Of a stretch of DNA of 64,000 bases, positions 1-10,401 are shown one piece after another. The notes under the pieces are model-generated. The model was not told the DNA's origin. It searched no databases and was given only the letters and a program-made list of their open reading frames with translations. The stretch comes from an uncultured Candidatus Actinomarina sp. (lineage in GTDB: Bacteria; Actinomycetota; Acidimicrobiia; Actinomarinales; Actinomarinaceae). The translations under genes were made by a program, and so were the position numbers. Numbering within the stretch: the first letter of the stretch is position 1; each line of letters starts with the position of its first letter. The DNA is taken from the NCBI GenBank assembly GCA_902580215.1, contig CACHJT010000002.1:1789-65788 (forward strand), written 5' to 3'.

Positions 1-1
1 T

Positions 2-376
2 GTCTTCTTCAAGCAGTTGCTGTTCTACTCGTTTGATCCAATCGGTGCTGAAGTCAAGGGGCTAAACACAAATTTTTTGAATTATCTTTTTCTTGTAGTT
101 TTATCTGTAGCAATTGTTGCTTCTCTTCAAACAGTAGGAATTATTCTGGTCTTAAGCATGCTCTTGATACCTGCTGCTGCATCAAAACTAGTAACAAATA
201 CATTTGTCTTTTCAATATACGTAAGCATTATTTTTGGAACATTTTCTTCAGTTTCTGGACTTTACCTATCGTATTTTTACAACCTGCCCTCAGGCCCAAC
301 AATGTCTCTGGTTGCTACTGGAATTTTTATAATTTGTTTTTTTGTAAATAAATTAAAAAAAGTAAAAATTCAATAA
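2..376 (+). CDS. Metal (Zn/Mn) ABC transporter permease, ZnuB/MntB family, 5'-truncated by window edge
   Basis: Frame is open from base 2; motifs SFDP..A, VG.ILV..ML.IPAAA, GLYLSY...LPSGP are typical of ABC-3 permeases. Confidence 0.9.
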   Translation, partial: VFFKQLLFYSFDPIGAEVKGLNTNFLNYLFLVVLSVAIVASLQTVGIILVLSMLLIPAAASKLVTNTFVFSIYVSIIFGTFSSVSGLYLSYFYNLPSGPTMSLVATGIFIICFFVNKLKKVKIQ

Positions 377-379
377 CAA

Positions 380-847
380 ATGTACTCAATTTGGCTTCAG
401 AATTCTACACATAATGACAAAATTTACAACTTAATTGAACGATACGCTAGAGATGAAAAAAAAGATTCATTTTTTCCACACGTAACTTTAGTTTCAAAAA
501 TTAATTCACATGAAAAAGCTATGGGGGTGCTTCAATTGCTCTCCAATAAAAAATGTAATATTACTTTCGATAAGATATCTACTGGAGAAACTTACTTTCA
601 AAAACTGTATCTAGAATCATCAGACAACTCATACTTTTTTAATGCTGTTTCAAAAATAGAAGGTTGGCCAAGTCTTTGGGTACCCCATATGTCATTGTGT
701 TACGGGGATGAGTTACCTAAATCTTTCGACTTAGGGGAGCTTAATAAACTCATCCCTATAACACTCACTTTTGACACTATTGCTGTTTACAAAACAGGCC
801 CTAAAGTGTCAGAGTGGAAGGAGATAACCACTCTTTTTTTGGATTGA
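380..847 (+). CDS. 2H phosphoesterase / cyclic phosphodiesterase-like protein
   Basis: Two HxT/S motifs (PHVTL, PHMSL) with 2H-family spacing. Confidence 0.8.
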   Translation: MYSIWLQNSTHNDKIYNLIERYARDEKKDSFFPHVTLVSKINSHEKAMGVLQLLSNKKCNITFDKISTGETYFQKLYLESSDNSYFFNAVSKIEGWPSLWVPHMSLCYGDELPKSFDLGELNKLIPITLTFDTIAVYKTGPKVSEWKEITTLFLD

Positions 848-876
848 TTCCAAAACAACAAATATATTTTAAATAT

Positions 877-3117
877 CTAAACAATTGCAAAACTTTCATT
901 TGAAAAATCTATTGATAAGCTTTGTGATGTAGATATTATTGAAAAATTATTTTCACCAATACCAAGAATTGCTGGAATTCTATGTTCAGCACACCTTATT
1001 GCCATGTGAGAGTTGGGACCTCCATACTGGGTAATCAATGATTTGATTTTATAATTAAAAATCCAATCCCATCCTGGGTCTGCTGCTGGGATAACTACTA
1101 TCTTATTATCAAGGTCGTAAGGTTGGTTTGAATGATGGTCAAGTAGCAAAATTTCTCCAGAAACTGTTCCTTGTCCAATGTAATTCCCTTCTTTGCTCAT
1201 TTCCTCATATAAATAAAAATCATCGGATGACGAGATTAAGTCAGGCATTAATGTGTTTTTAAGATCTAAATTAATTGTATTTTCTTGGCTAAATTCAATA
1301 TTAAGTCTTTGAAAAAGTTCTTCATCACTTATATTTTGCTCCTCTATTTCATTTAAAATACCGTCAATTCCTTTTGTATAATAAAATTTTGAATTTTCTC
1401 TTGTTGCAATAGCAGTCTGAAACATTTCAATCCACGATGATGCTGTGTATGGAATATTGTTAAATTTAAAATATTTATCAATATTTGTAAATATAGCTTT
1501 TTGCAATGAAATATTTTCATCATGTATTTCACTATTTTGAATCAACAGCTCAGTGAACTCTAAATTATTTCTTAAATTAGATGAAGATAAATTATAGTTA
1601 CCTGCCCTAATGTGTCCATAAATGTCTAAAAAGCTATCAAGACTTTGTTTTCCAATTTTGACCTGATAAGCGTCCGCCTTCATTTTCGTACTTATCGACT
1701 TTACTGATAACAATAATGAGTTTTTATGTGCTTCGGTAATTACTTCTTTTCTCAAAAGATTATTTAATTGAGCAAAATACACAAACCCCAATCTTGAATG
1801 ATGTGTAAATGGCAATGCCATATTGTCTCTAATAAATTTTATATTTTCTTTTTTAGAGTATTCAAAATTCCCATCAAGCAAAGAGAACGCATTCAACATA
1901 GTCTTATTGTTTTTTTCTAGAGTTGATTTGTTAAAGCTATCAATATCAATTAAATCTTGATGCCATTTCTCAATCTCTTCTGACCTAATAATTTTTTTAT
2001 ATTCAATTGCGAACTCATCTTCAGAGTCAAACACATATGATGATCGAGAGATATTAAATTCAATTGAATCATGTAAATGCGGGTTTTCTTTCAATTTTTC
2101 TAATTGATGCTGTATTATTTTTTCACAGCTATCGACTTGTAAGCTTCGAGTTAAAAAACTATTTAAACTATGGTTAACATTTATGTAGGGCACATTATTG
2201 AAAAGCTCCATTAATTTAGCCGGTTTATATTTTCTATAACCAAATTCACCGCGCTGTATATTCCATGTTGAGTCTGTAAACATAAATTTATATAAGCCAA
2301 ATGCAACATTGTCAGGTTTTTTTCCAATCATTTCTGCTGGATTCATGTCCGACATATTGCTAAAAAGGTGATTTATGCCAAAACGATCATCCGTAGTATC
2401 TTTTAAAGCCTCAAATTTTTTTATATTCTGCTCAATTATTTTTTTCTCTGTAAAGATCAAATCCTTATCAACTTTTCTCTCCATCAGAGGCCGTACTTGC
2501 AAAAGCAGTGGAGAAGAATTGTTATTCAAAACCATTTCAATGTCCAAATGTTTGTTCCCAAATAAATCTTCTAATTTTGTCAAAATATTTAGATATATAG
2601 AATATTCATCATATTTTTTTGGTAACTTGTTTATTGATCTATGAACATAAAAATTTTTAATCTGATTGTACTTTCCAGATGTAACAGCATCAGTTTCTGG
2701 ACCACTATAAATTGAAAATGATCTGTAAAGAGAGTCTGTCCCAACCTTAAAAGATGTAAGCACAGATACGCTTCTTGCATTTTTTACATAATCTTGCAAA
2801 ATCACGGTCTGATTCACATCTTTTTCGTAGCTATTTAACACTTGATTCCATGATTCTTTAATATCATTTATTCTTTTCTTGCTGATTGGTCCGATGGAAA
2901 GATATTTACCTGCATTAGAAGAGCTCTCTAAGTCTTCATTAGAACTATTGCTTCTTATCATTATTTCTTCTGAAAAATCATTGAGAATCTCGTTAATATT
3001 TTCTAAATCTTTCAAAGAAAGCTCTCTAAAGTATGGAATTTCTATATCCGTATGGTTTGCTACAAACTCTAGGTTTTTAGCTTTATTACCATAATTTATT
3101 TGATCATCCATTCTCAC
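877..3117 (-). CDS. PEP-utilising/PPDK-superfamily ATP-dependent kinase resembling L-glutamine kinase Cj1418
   Basis: N-terminal IRSNSSNEDL..SNAG, central MSDMNPAEMIG, C-terminal phospho-His swivel ADPGWDWIF...YGGPNSHMAIRCAE; start may be GTG 3117 or ATG 3111. Confidence 0.75.
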   Translation of the reverse strand: MRMDDQINYGNKAKNLEFVANHTDIEIPYFRELSLKDLENINEILNDFSEEIMIRSNSSNEDLESSSNAGKYLSIGPISKKRINDIKESWNQVLNSYEKDVNQTVILQDYVKNARSVSVLTSFKVGTDSLYRSFSIYSGPETDAVTSGKYNQIKNFYVHRSINKLPKKYDEYSIYLNILTKLEDLFGNKHLDIEMVLNNNSSPLLLQVRPLMERKVDKDLIFTEKKIIEQNIKKFEALKDTTDDRFGINHLFSNMSDMNPAEMIGKKPDNVAFGLYKFMFTDSTWNIQRGEFGYRKYKPAKLMELFNNVPYINVNHSLNSFLTRSLQVDSCEKIIQHQLEKLKENPHLHDSIEFNISRSSYVFDSEDEFAIEYKKIIRSEEIEKWHQDLIDIDSFNKSTLEKNNKTMLNAFSLLDGNFEYSKKENIKFIRDNMALPFTHHSRLGFVYFAQLNNLLRKEVITEAHKNSLLLSVKSISTKMKADAYQVKIGKQSLDSFLDIYGHIRAGNYNLSSSNLRNNLEFTELLIQNSEIHDENISLQKAIFTNIDKYFKFNNIPYTASSWIEMFQTAIATRENSKFYYTKGIDGILNEIEEQNISDEELFQRLNIEFSQENTINLDLKNTLMPDLISSSDDFYLYEEMSKEGNYIGQGTVSGEILLLDHHSNQPYDLDNKIVVIPAADPGWDWIFNYKIKSLITQYGGPNSHMAIRCAEHRIPAILGIGENNFSIISTSQSLSIDFSNESFAIV

Positions 3118-4473
3118 CTATTTGTTTACTGACTCCAAAGCTACTTGAACTTTTTCAGACGGAAATTCGTAGTCAACCATCTGTCCACTCAAAAAGTTTT
3201 CATAAGCTTTCATATCAAAGTGACCATGTCCACACATTGCTGTCAATACAGCAATACTTTCAGAATTTTGGTCGGCATCTTTCACTGCCCTAATTGCTGA
3301 CGCAATTGCATGAGTTGCTTCAGGAGCAGGAACTATGCCTTCTGTTTTAGCAAATAGTTGACCAGCCTCGAAACACTCTTTTTGTCCTATTGCTTCTGCT
3401 TCGATTAATTTCTCTTCATACATTGCACTGACTAAAGGTGCCATTCCGTGGTATCTTAAACCTCCAGCATGAATTGGATCAGGCACAAAAGAATGACCAA
3501 GGGTATGCATTTTGACTACGGGGGCCATTCCTACTGAATCCCCAAAATCATATGCATACGTTCCCTTAGTCAAAGATGGACAAGCCTGTGGCTCAACAGC
3601 TCTAATAATCGTAGACTTGTTATTTTGTATATTTTCTCTAGCAAAAGGTGTAAAAAGACCGGCAAAGTTAGAACCACCGCCAGTACAGCCAACTATTACA
3701 TCTGGATAGTCGTCAGCCAGTGCCAATTGTTTTAGGGCTTCTTCTCCAATAATAGTTTGATGCATTAGGACGTGATTCAACACACTTCCTAGTGCGTATC
3801 TTGTTTTTTCATCTTTTGCTGCAACTTCAATAGCTTCTGAAATTGCAATACCAAGACTTCCAGGAGTTTCAGGGTCTTCCGAAAGAAACTTTTTACCAAT
3901 ATCTGTTCTTTCAGACGGGCTTGAATATACCTTTGCGCCGTATATTTCCATCATGGTCTTCCTGTAAGGTTTTGCTAAGTATGATGCAGCTACTTGAAAT
4001 ACCTCTAACTCAATTCCAAAAGCCTGACATGCAAAAGCCAAAGCAGAACCCCACTGACCAGCACCTGTTTCCGTAACCATTTTTGTAACACCTTCTTCCG
4101 CGTTATAAAACGCTTGGGGGATTGCAGTGTTAGGTTTATGCGAGCCAGACGGGGATCCACCTTCGTATTTGTAATATATTCTTGATTTTGTACCTAGAGC
4201 TTTTTCAAGTCGAACTGCTCTAAATAAAGGGGAAGGTCTATAAAGCTTATATAAATCTAAAACAGGCTTTGGTATATCTATAAAAGAATCTTGAGACACT
4301 TCTTGTAAAATCAAACCCATTGGAAATAAGGGAGCTAAATCCTCTGGACCAATTGGCTCCATTGTTTGCGGATTCAATGGTGGTGGTAGTGGATTTGGCA
4401 AGTCCGGAATGATGTTATACCACTGTGTTGGCATCTCAGATTCTGATAATAAAAATTTATATTGTTCGCTCAT
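3118..4473 (-). CDS. trpB2: Tryptophan synthase beta chain type 2 (TrpB2)
   Basis: PLP lysine motif GSHKPNTA, ETGAGQWG, GGGSNF, HAGGLRYHG; AGGAGG SD upstream. Confidence 0.95.
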   Translation of the reverse strand: MSEQYKFLLSESEMPTQWYNIIPDLPNPLPPPLNPQTMEPIGPEDLAPLFPMGLILQEVSQDSFIDIPKPVLDLYKLYRPSPLFRAVRLEKALGTKSRIYYKYEGGSPSGSHKPNTAIPQAFYNAEEGVTKMVTETGAGQWGSALAFACQAFGIELEVFQVAASYLAKPYRKTMMEIYGAKVYSSPSERTDIGKKFLSEDPETPGSLGIAISEAIEVAAKDEKTRYALGSVLNHVLMHQTIIGEEALKQLALADDYPDVIVGCTGGGSNFAGLFTPFARENIQNNKSTIIRAVEPQACPSLTKGTYAYDFGDSVGMAPVVKMHTLGHSFVPDPIHAGGLRYHGMAPLVSAMYEEKLIEAEAIGQKECFEAGQLFAKTEGIVPAPEATHAIASAIRAVKDADQNSESIAVLTAMCGHGHFDMKAYENFLSGQMVDYEFPSEKVQVALESVNK

Positions 4474-4488
4474 TGTTCCTCCTAAAAT

Positions 4489-4514
4489 AAAAAAACCGGG
4501 CTGTGCCCGGCTTT
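4489..4514 (-). terminator. Attenuator terminator hairpin upstream of trpB2
   Basis: Minus strand AAAGCCGGGC-ACA-GCCCGG-UUUUUUU. Confidence 0.9.
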
Positions 4515-4538
4515 ACAAAACAACATAGAACTAGGCAC

Positions 4539-4583
4539 CTACATATGTAGCGTCCACCAGTTCCAGTTTGTTACTTTATACAT
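4539..4583 (-). CDS. trpL: Trp attenuator leader peptide MYKVTNWNWWTLHM
   Basis: 14-aa ORF with three Trp codons (W-N-W-W) directly upstream of the terminator and trpB2; GUGCC after the stop is complementary to GGCAC in the terminator 5' arm and loop. Confidence 0.9.
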   Translation of the reverse strand: MYKVTNWNWWTLHM

Positions 4584-4695
4584 TGTTATTAATGTAGATG
4601 TTTTTTTTAAAATTTCAAAATTATAATTGTAAATTTTTTGTTAACAGAAAATGTCGAAATATCAATATATCCATTCATAACCTAGTATTGGGTTC

Positions 4696-5424
4696 ATGAA
4701 TAAAATAATTCACTCTATTGATTTAACAAAAATTTATGGAGAAAAAGAAACAAGTGTCACAGCGTTAGACAAAATCAATGTCGAGTTTAAAGAAAACGAA
4801 TTTACAGCAATCATGGGTCCATCTGGCTCTGGAAAGTCAACATTACTTCATTGTTTAGCAGGATTAGACAGACCAACATCTGGTCAGATATTTCTAAAAG
4901 AAGATGACATATCAACTTTAAATGATAAACAATTAACAAAAATTAGACGAGACAGCTTTGGCTTTGTATTTCAGGCTTTTAACCTAATCCCAACTTTAAC
5001 TGCTGAAGAAAACATCACATTACCAGCATCTATTGCTGGAAGAAAGCCAGATATGGACTGGGTAAAACAAGTAATTGAAACAGTAGATATAGGAGACAGG
5101 TTAACACATAGGCCCAATGAATTATCCGGTGGACAGCAACAGAGAGTAGCAGCTGCTAGAGCCATGGCTACAAAGCCTGAAGTAATTTTTGCAGACGAGC
5201 CATCAGGAAATTTAGATTCAAAATCAAGCAAAGAACTTTTAAGTTTCATGAAGTCCGTAGTTGAAGAGCTTAACCAGACAATCATTATGGTTACACACGA
5301 TCCCTACGCTGCTTCCTATGCCAATAGAGTAATAATGCTTAAAGATGGAAGAATTGCTAGTGACTTAGAACAACCAACACAAGAAGAAATTGTTGCAGAG
5401 GTTACAGCTTTAACTAACATCTGA
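4696..5424 (+). CDS. ABC transporter ATP-binding protein, LolD/MacB-like
   Basis: [27 protein letters not shown]. Confidence 0.95.
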   Translation: MNKIIHSIDLTKIYGEKETSVTALDKINVEFKENEFTAIMGPSGSGKSTLLHCLAGLDRPTSGQIFLKEDDISTLNDKQLTKIRRDSFGFVFQAFNLIPTLTAEENITLPASIAGRKPDMDWVKQVIETVDIGDRLTHRPNELSGGQQQRVAAARAMATKPEVIFADEPSGNLDSKSSKELLSFMKSVVEELNQTIIMVTHDPYAASYANRVIMLKDGRIASDLEQPTQEEIVAEVTALTNI

Positions 5425-8039
5425 TGTTTGGATTTACAAAGCGCCCCCTTTTTCTGATAGCCTGGAAAAACTTAAAAACCTATCCGGTAAGAATATTTTT
5501 AACAACATCATCGATCATTCTTGGTGTAGCAGTCATTATTGCTTCGAATATTTTTTCGGAAAGTAATAAATCTGCATTTGATAATTTATTCTCAGGCATT
5601 TACGAGGGAGTTGACTTAGTAGTACAGCCAATACAAGAGGATTTTGCCGAGGGATTTAGTGGTGATGGTGGTCAAGGGCCAATTTCGTTTGAAGTTAAGA
5701 AAATACCTGATGAAAGAATTGATGAGATTTCAAATCTACCAAGTGTAAAAGCGGCTTGGGGTGAAGTATTGGGTTTTGCTCAGTTCATAAAAATTGTAGA
5801 TGGCGAAACAGTATTAATTTCTAATGGATTTGCTCCAACATTTGGAGCTGCTTGGGATAGCAATCCATATGCAGCGCAATGGTCATTAGTTGAAGGAGAG
5901 GCTCCAACTAATACAAAAGAAGTAGTCATGGATGTTGTAACTGCAGAAAATCATGATTTTTCTGTTGGAGATAGAGTGACAGTTTTGGCTGGTGCAACTC
6001 CTGCATCATTTACAATTGTGGGAATTGCAGAGTTTGCTAATGTAGGTGCACCAGGTGGGGCAACCTTTGCATTGTTTGAATTTAGGACTGCTCAAAAATT
6101 ATTAGATTCAAGAGGCGAAGTAGATTTAATAAATGTAGTTATAGAAAATAATTTTGACATTAATGATGTTAAAACTGAAATAACAAACTTAGATTCAGAA
6201 AATTTAAATGTAATAAACGCTCAAGAAGCTGCAGCTGAACAAGCTGATTCTATCAAACAAGGCTTAGATTTTTTTAATACAATACTCAATGTATTTGCTG
6301 GTATCGCAATATTTGTTGGCGCCTTTATCATTCAAAATACATTTCGAATCCTTTTACTCCAAAGAACAAAAGAGCTTTCGCTACTTAGAGCTCTAGGTAC
6401 ATCAAAAAGACAAATTTATAGATTAGTAATTTCTGAATCTCTGTTTATGTCTGTAATTGGATCTGGTTTGGGTATTGCTCTTGGTATTGGTTTAGCTGTT
6501 GCAGTGAAAGAAGGATTGCAATATTTTGAGTTTGGACTACCAGACGGACCACTAGTTTTAACAACAGAAGCTGCAATAACAGGATTAATTATTGGAATAA
6601 CAGTTACAATTTTGTCCTCTTTACTTCCAGCTAGAAAAGCCTCTCAAGTAAGTCCAATGGAAGCCATTAGAGACAGTGTTTCAACACCTAGAAGGAAATC
6701 CTTACTTATTCGATTAGTTTTTGGTTCGCTCATTTCTGTTGCTGGGTTTGGAATGTTATTTGGTGTTTTGTACGATTTCTTAGATTTACCAACCTTGACC
6801 TCTCTACAACAAGTAGGTTTTGGTGCAGGCGTAATTTTTATTGGAATCTCTGTAATAACCCCATCGATTACAAAACCTTTTGTTTTTCTTTTTGATAAAG
6901 CTTATAACTTAGTTTTTGGAATTCTTGGTAAATTGGCTACTGAGAATTCAAAAAGAACACCAAGAAGAACTGCTTCAACAGCATCAGCTTTAATGATCGG
7001 GCTAACATTGATATCTTTGGCAAATGTTATAACGACTTCATTTAAGGCACAGGCTGAGTCCCTAATAAGTGAGGTAATACTTGCGGACTATCAAGTAAGT
7101 GCTTCTAATGTGTTTGTTTCACCTGGAATTCCGACAGGTTTATCGGAAGAGCTTCTAGAGCTAGATGAAGTAACAAAACTTTCCAGAACAAGAGCTACTG
7201 TTGTTGGCTACAACCAGCGACCACTTATTCTTGGTGCCGTTGACGAAACTGTCTTTGATCTTGTAAAAACAGACGATATATCCGGAAATAGAAAAGACTT
7301 TCTAAAAAAAGATGCAATAGGAATACTTAAACAAACAGCAGAAAGAGAAGAGCTCTTTGTAGGGGATGAGGTTGTATTAACAATTCCTGAAGAAGGAGAA
7401 AAAACTTTTACTGTCACCTATATATTTGACTGGACCACTCAACCACCGGCTGAATTTTTTGTACTTCTTGAAAATAACACTTTTTTTGCTGACGAATCAC
7501 TTGATACAGAATTGTATTTCAATGTAAATAAAAAAACTCCGGAACTAGAACAGAAAATAAACGCAATTGTTGATGAATACCCTGGCGTTGAAGTAAGAGA
7601 TGAAGATGGTTTAGTTGAAGAAGCTAACAATCAAATACAATTACTTCTTAACGTAATTTATGGATTCCTTTCCATATCTATTTTTGTAGCTCTATTTGGT
7701 ATCACAAACACACTCTCTTTATCAGTGTATGAAAGAACAAGAGAAATAGGGTTAATGAGGGCAATCGGAACTTATAGAAAACAAATACGAAGAATGATTT
7801 TTATTGAGTCTTCTATTATTTCAATATTTGGTGCAGCTCTAGGTACAGGATTAGGAATATTCTTTGCTTGGAGTTTGATTCAGACATTAGCCGATGAAGG
7901 ATTTACTGTATTTGCAGTTTCCATTCAGCAAACATTTTTGTGGATTGGTATTGCAATAATTGCGGGAGTAATTGCAGCAATACTTCCTGCTATTAGGGCA
8001 GCAAGACAAAACATACTCGAAGCTATCTCCTACGAGTAA
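5424..8039 (+). CDS. ABC transporter permease, duplicated FtsX/MacB-type
   Basis: Two repeats of QRTKELSLLRALG / ERTREIGLMRAIG with large extracellular loops; coupled to the ATPase. Confidence 0.9.
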   Translation: MFGFTKRPLFLIAWKNLKTYPVRIFLTTSSIILGVAVIIASNIFSESNKSAFDNLFSGIYEGVDLVVQPIQEDFAEGFSGDGGQGPISFEVKKIPDERIDEISNLPSVKAAWGEVLGFAQFIKIVDGETVLISNGFAPTFGAAWDSNPYAAQWSLVEGEAPTNTKEVVMDVVTAENHDFSVGDRVTVLAGATPASFTIVGIAEFANVGAPGGATFALFEFRTAQKLLDSRGEVDLINVVIENNFDINDVKTEITNLDSENLNVINAQEAAAEQADSIKQGLDFFNTILNVFAGIAIFVGAFIIQNTFRILLLQRTKELSLLRALGTSKRQIYRLVISESLFMSVIGSGLGIALGIGLAVAVKEGLQYFEFGLPDGPLVLTTEAAITGLIIGITVTILSSLLPARKASQVSPMEAIRDSVSTPRRKSLLIRLVFGSLISVAGFGMLFGVLYDFLDLPTLTSLQQVGFGAGVIFIGISVITPSITKPFVFLFDKAYNLVFGILGKLATENSKRTPRRTASTASALMIGLTLISLANVITTSFKAQAESLISEVILADYQVSASNVFVSPGIPTGLSEELLELDEVTKLSRTRATVVGYNQRPLILGAVDETVFDLVKTDDISGNRKDFLKKDAIGILKQTAEREELFVGDEVVLTIPEEGEKTFTVTYIFDWTTQPPAEFFVLLENNTFFADESLDTELYFNVNKKTPELEQKINAIVDEYPGVEVRDEDGLVEEANNQIQLLLNVIYGFLSISIFVALFGITNTLSLSVYERTREIGLMRAIGTYRKQIRRMIFIESSIISIFGAALGTGLGIFFAWSLIQTLADEGFTVFAVSIQQTFLWIGIAIIAGVIAAILPAIRAARQNILEAISYE

Positions 8040-8065
8040 ATATTTTTTAACCTTACAATATTCCT

Positions 8066-9364
8066 ATGGCTCAAGAAGAAATAGTTAAGTTATTATCTGA
8101 AATGGTAGAGATAAAATCTATCAGCTCTGACAAAAACCATAGAGATGATGTTGATGCTTCAGCACAATTTGTACAAAACTTATTTGCAGATCTGGGATTA
8201 AACACTCAAGTTATCAAGGTTGCAGGAGGAATGCCAGCTGTTGTAGCTCACACAGAAATTGACCCCTCTAAAAAAACCGTTCTTCTTTACGCTCACCATG
8301 ATGTACAACCAGTAGGGGATGTAGATTTGTGGGACACTGAACCATTTGACCCTGTAGTAAAAGATGGAAGACTTTATGGCAGAGGTTCAGGTGATAACAA
8401 ATCAGGAGTAGTTGTCCATTACAATGTTGTAAAACAACTCTTAAGCGATTTACCAGTAAATATCAAAATTTTTATTGAGGGAGAAGAAGAAATTGGATCT
8501 CCTACAATGTCAGACTTTATTGAACAGAATAGAGAAGCTTTAGAAGCTGACGTCATTGTTATTGCTGATTCAGGAAACGTAAAAATTGGCGTTCCAACTA
8601 TTACGACCACATTAAGAGGCCTAGTTGATGCAATTATTGAAGTTGATCAACCAATGAGACCGATACATTCTGGCGTTGGCGGAGGGGTTGTTCCCGATGC
8701 TTTTATGGTGTTAAGTAGAGTTATTGCCTCATTCCACAATGAAAAAGGAGAACTTATGATCGAAGGTTTAACTCCTACAGATATGCAGGTAACTGAGCTA
8801 GAAGAATCGTTTTTGAAAAAAATGCTTGGATCAGATGAAATAAACCTCTTTGATACAGAAAGTATCTCAAAAAGACTCTGGTTAGAGCCAGCATTAGATG
8901 TTCTAGCTATTGATGCACCTCCTGTTAAGGACGCAGTAAATTTAGTTATTCCTAAAGCAAGTGCAAAAATCAGTTTAAGACTTCCCCCTACTGAAGACCC
9001 AGAGCATGCTATGAAAATGCTTGAAGAGCATGTAATGAGAAACATTCCATGGAATGCTTCTGTTAAATTTATTCCAAACTCCAAAGGATCGGGTGTAGTT
9101 GCAGATCCTAATAAACCATTTACAACAGAATTAGTTAACAGTTTTAATTCAATCTGGGAAAATGAGACTGCTTACATTGGTGTTGGTGGCTCTATTCCTT
9201 TTGCAAATGATTTTGTTAGAGAGTTTCCTAATGCAGAATTGGTACTAGTTGGCGCTGCTGATGAAGAACTAGGAAATGCACATGCACCAAATGAAAGTGT
9301 CCAAATTGACCATATTGAAATGCTCATAGAAAGTCTCGTACAAACTTTAAAAAATATTTCTTAA
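8066..9364 (+). CDS. M20 family dipeptidase
   Basis: YAHHDVQP, GRGSGDNK, EGEEEIGS, AHAPNES. Confidence 0.9.
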   Translation: MAQEEIVKLLSEMVEIKSISSDKNHRDDVDASAQFVQNLFADLGLNTQVIKVAGGMPAVVAHTEIDPSKKTVLLYAHHDVQPVGDVDLWDTEPFDPVVKDGRLYGRGSGDNKSGVVVHYNVVKQLLSDLPVNIKIFIEGEEEIGSPTMSDFIEQNREALEADVIVIADSGNVKIGVPTITTTLRGLVDAIIEVDQPMRPIHSGVGGGVVPDAFMVLSRVIASFHNEKGELMIEGLTPTDMQVTELEESFLKKMLGSDEINLFDTESISKRLWLEPALDVLAIDAPPVKDAVNLVIPKASAKISLRLPPTEDPEHAMKMLEEHVMRNIPWNASVKFIPNSKGSGVVADPNKPFTTELVNSFNSIWENETAYIGVGGSIPFANDFVREFPNAELVLVGAADEELGNAHAPNESVQIDHIEMLIESLVQTLKNIS

Positions 9365-9369
9365 TTTTT

Positions 9370-10401
9370 ATGGAAATAGGTATAGATTCATTTGCAAAAA
9401 AAACTCAAACTAATGAAGGTGGTACTGTTCAGGACGATGCTCGTGCTATGTCTGAGCTAATTGAGAGAATAGTCCATGCAGACAAAGTAGGTTTAGATGT
9501 TTTTGGTCTCGGAGAACACCACAGAGAAGAGTTTTTAGACTCGGCTGCACATAATATTCTTGCAGCTGCAGCAGCAAAGACAGAAAACATTAGGCTAACC
9601 AGTGCAGTTGCTGTAATAAGCGCAATGGATCCAGTAAGGTTGTTTCAAAACTATGCAACATTAGATTTAATTTCAAATGGAAGAGCAGAGATTGTCGCGG
9701 GAAGAGGCTCATTCACAGAAGCGTTTCCTCTTTTTGGTTTAGATTTTAATGATTATGACGACCTCTATGCCGAAAAGCTTGACCTTCTGTTAAGAATTAG
9801 GGATGAAAACAAAGTTACTTGGTCTGGAAAATTTAGACCTCCTCTAGAAAATCAGACTGTGTATCCAAGACCATTGCAAGAAAAACTGCCCGTATGGGTT
9901 GGAGTTGGTGGAACACCAGCATCTTTTGTAAGAGCAGGAACTCTTGGTCTTCCTTTAATGGTTGCTGTTATAGGTGGAGAAACTCATAGATTTAGACCAC
10001 TAATTGATCTATATTATGAAGCTGCAGAAAAAGCAGGCCATGATAAAACCTCTCTAAAAGTTGGTCTTCATTCACTCGGATTTGTAGCAAACTCAAAAGA
10101 GGAAGCTATTGAAAGGTATTATCCAGGATATAGAATTTGGTTCAATCAAATTGGAAAAGAGCGTGGCTGGCCACCAGTTACTATGGAGAGGTTCGAGCAA
10201 CAAATCGGCGACTTGGGTGCATATGTTATTGGTGGACCAGAGGAAGTAGCAGAAAAATTAGTTAGACATAGTGAAGCTTTAGGAGGCTTATCTCGTTTTA
10301 CTTTTCAGATAGATAACGCAGGTCTCACACATGAAGATTTAATGGAAACTTATACATTAATTGGAGAAAAAGTAAAACCTTTAGTTTTAGACAGACTCTA
10401 A
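9370..10401 (+). CDS. Luciferase-like (LLM) flavin-dependent oxidoreductase
   Basis: GEHHR, IRLTSAV, DPVR, GRGSFTEAFPLFG. Confidence 0.9.
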   Translation: MEIGIDSFAKKTQTNEGGTVQDDARAMSELIERIVHADKVGLDVFGLGEHHREEFLDSAAHNILAAAAAKTENIRLTSAVAVISAMDPVRLFQNYATLDLISNGRAEIVAGRGSFTEAFPLFGLDFNDYDDLYAEKLDLLLRIRDENKVTWSGKFRPPLENQTVYPRPLQEKLPVWVGVGGTPASFVRAGTLGLPLMVAVIGGETHRFRPLIDLYYEAAEKAGHDKTSLKVGLHSLGFVANSKEEAIERYYPGYRIWFNQIGKERGWPPVTMERFEQQIGDLGAYVIGGPEEVAEKLVRHSEALGGLSRFTFQIDNAGLTHEDLMETYTLIGEKVKPLVLDRL

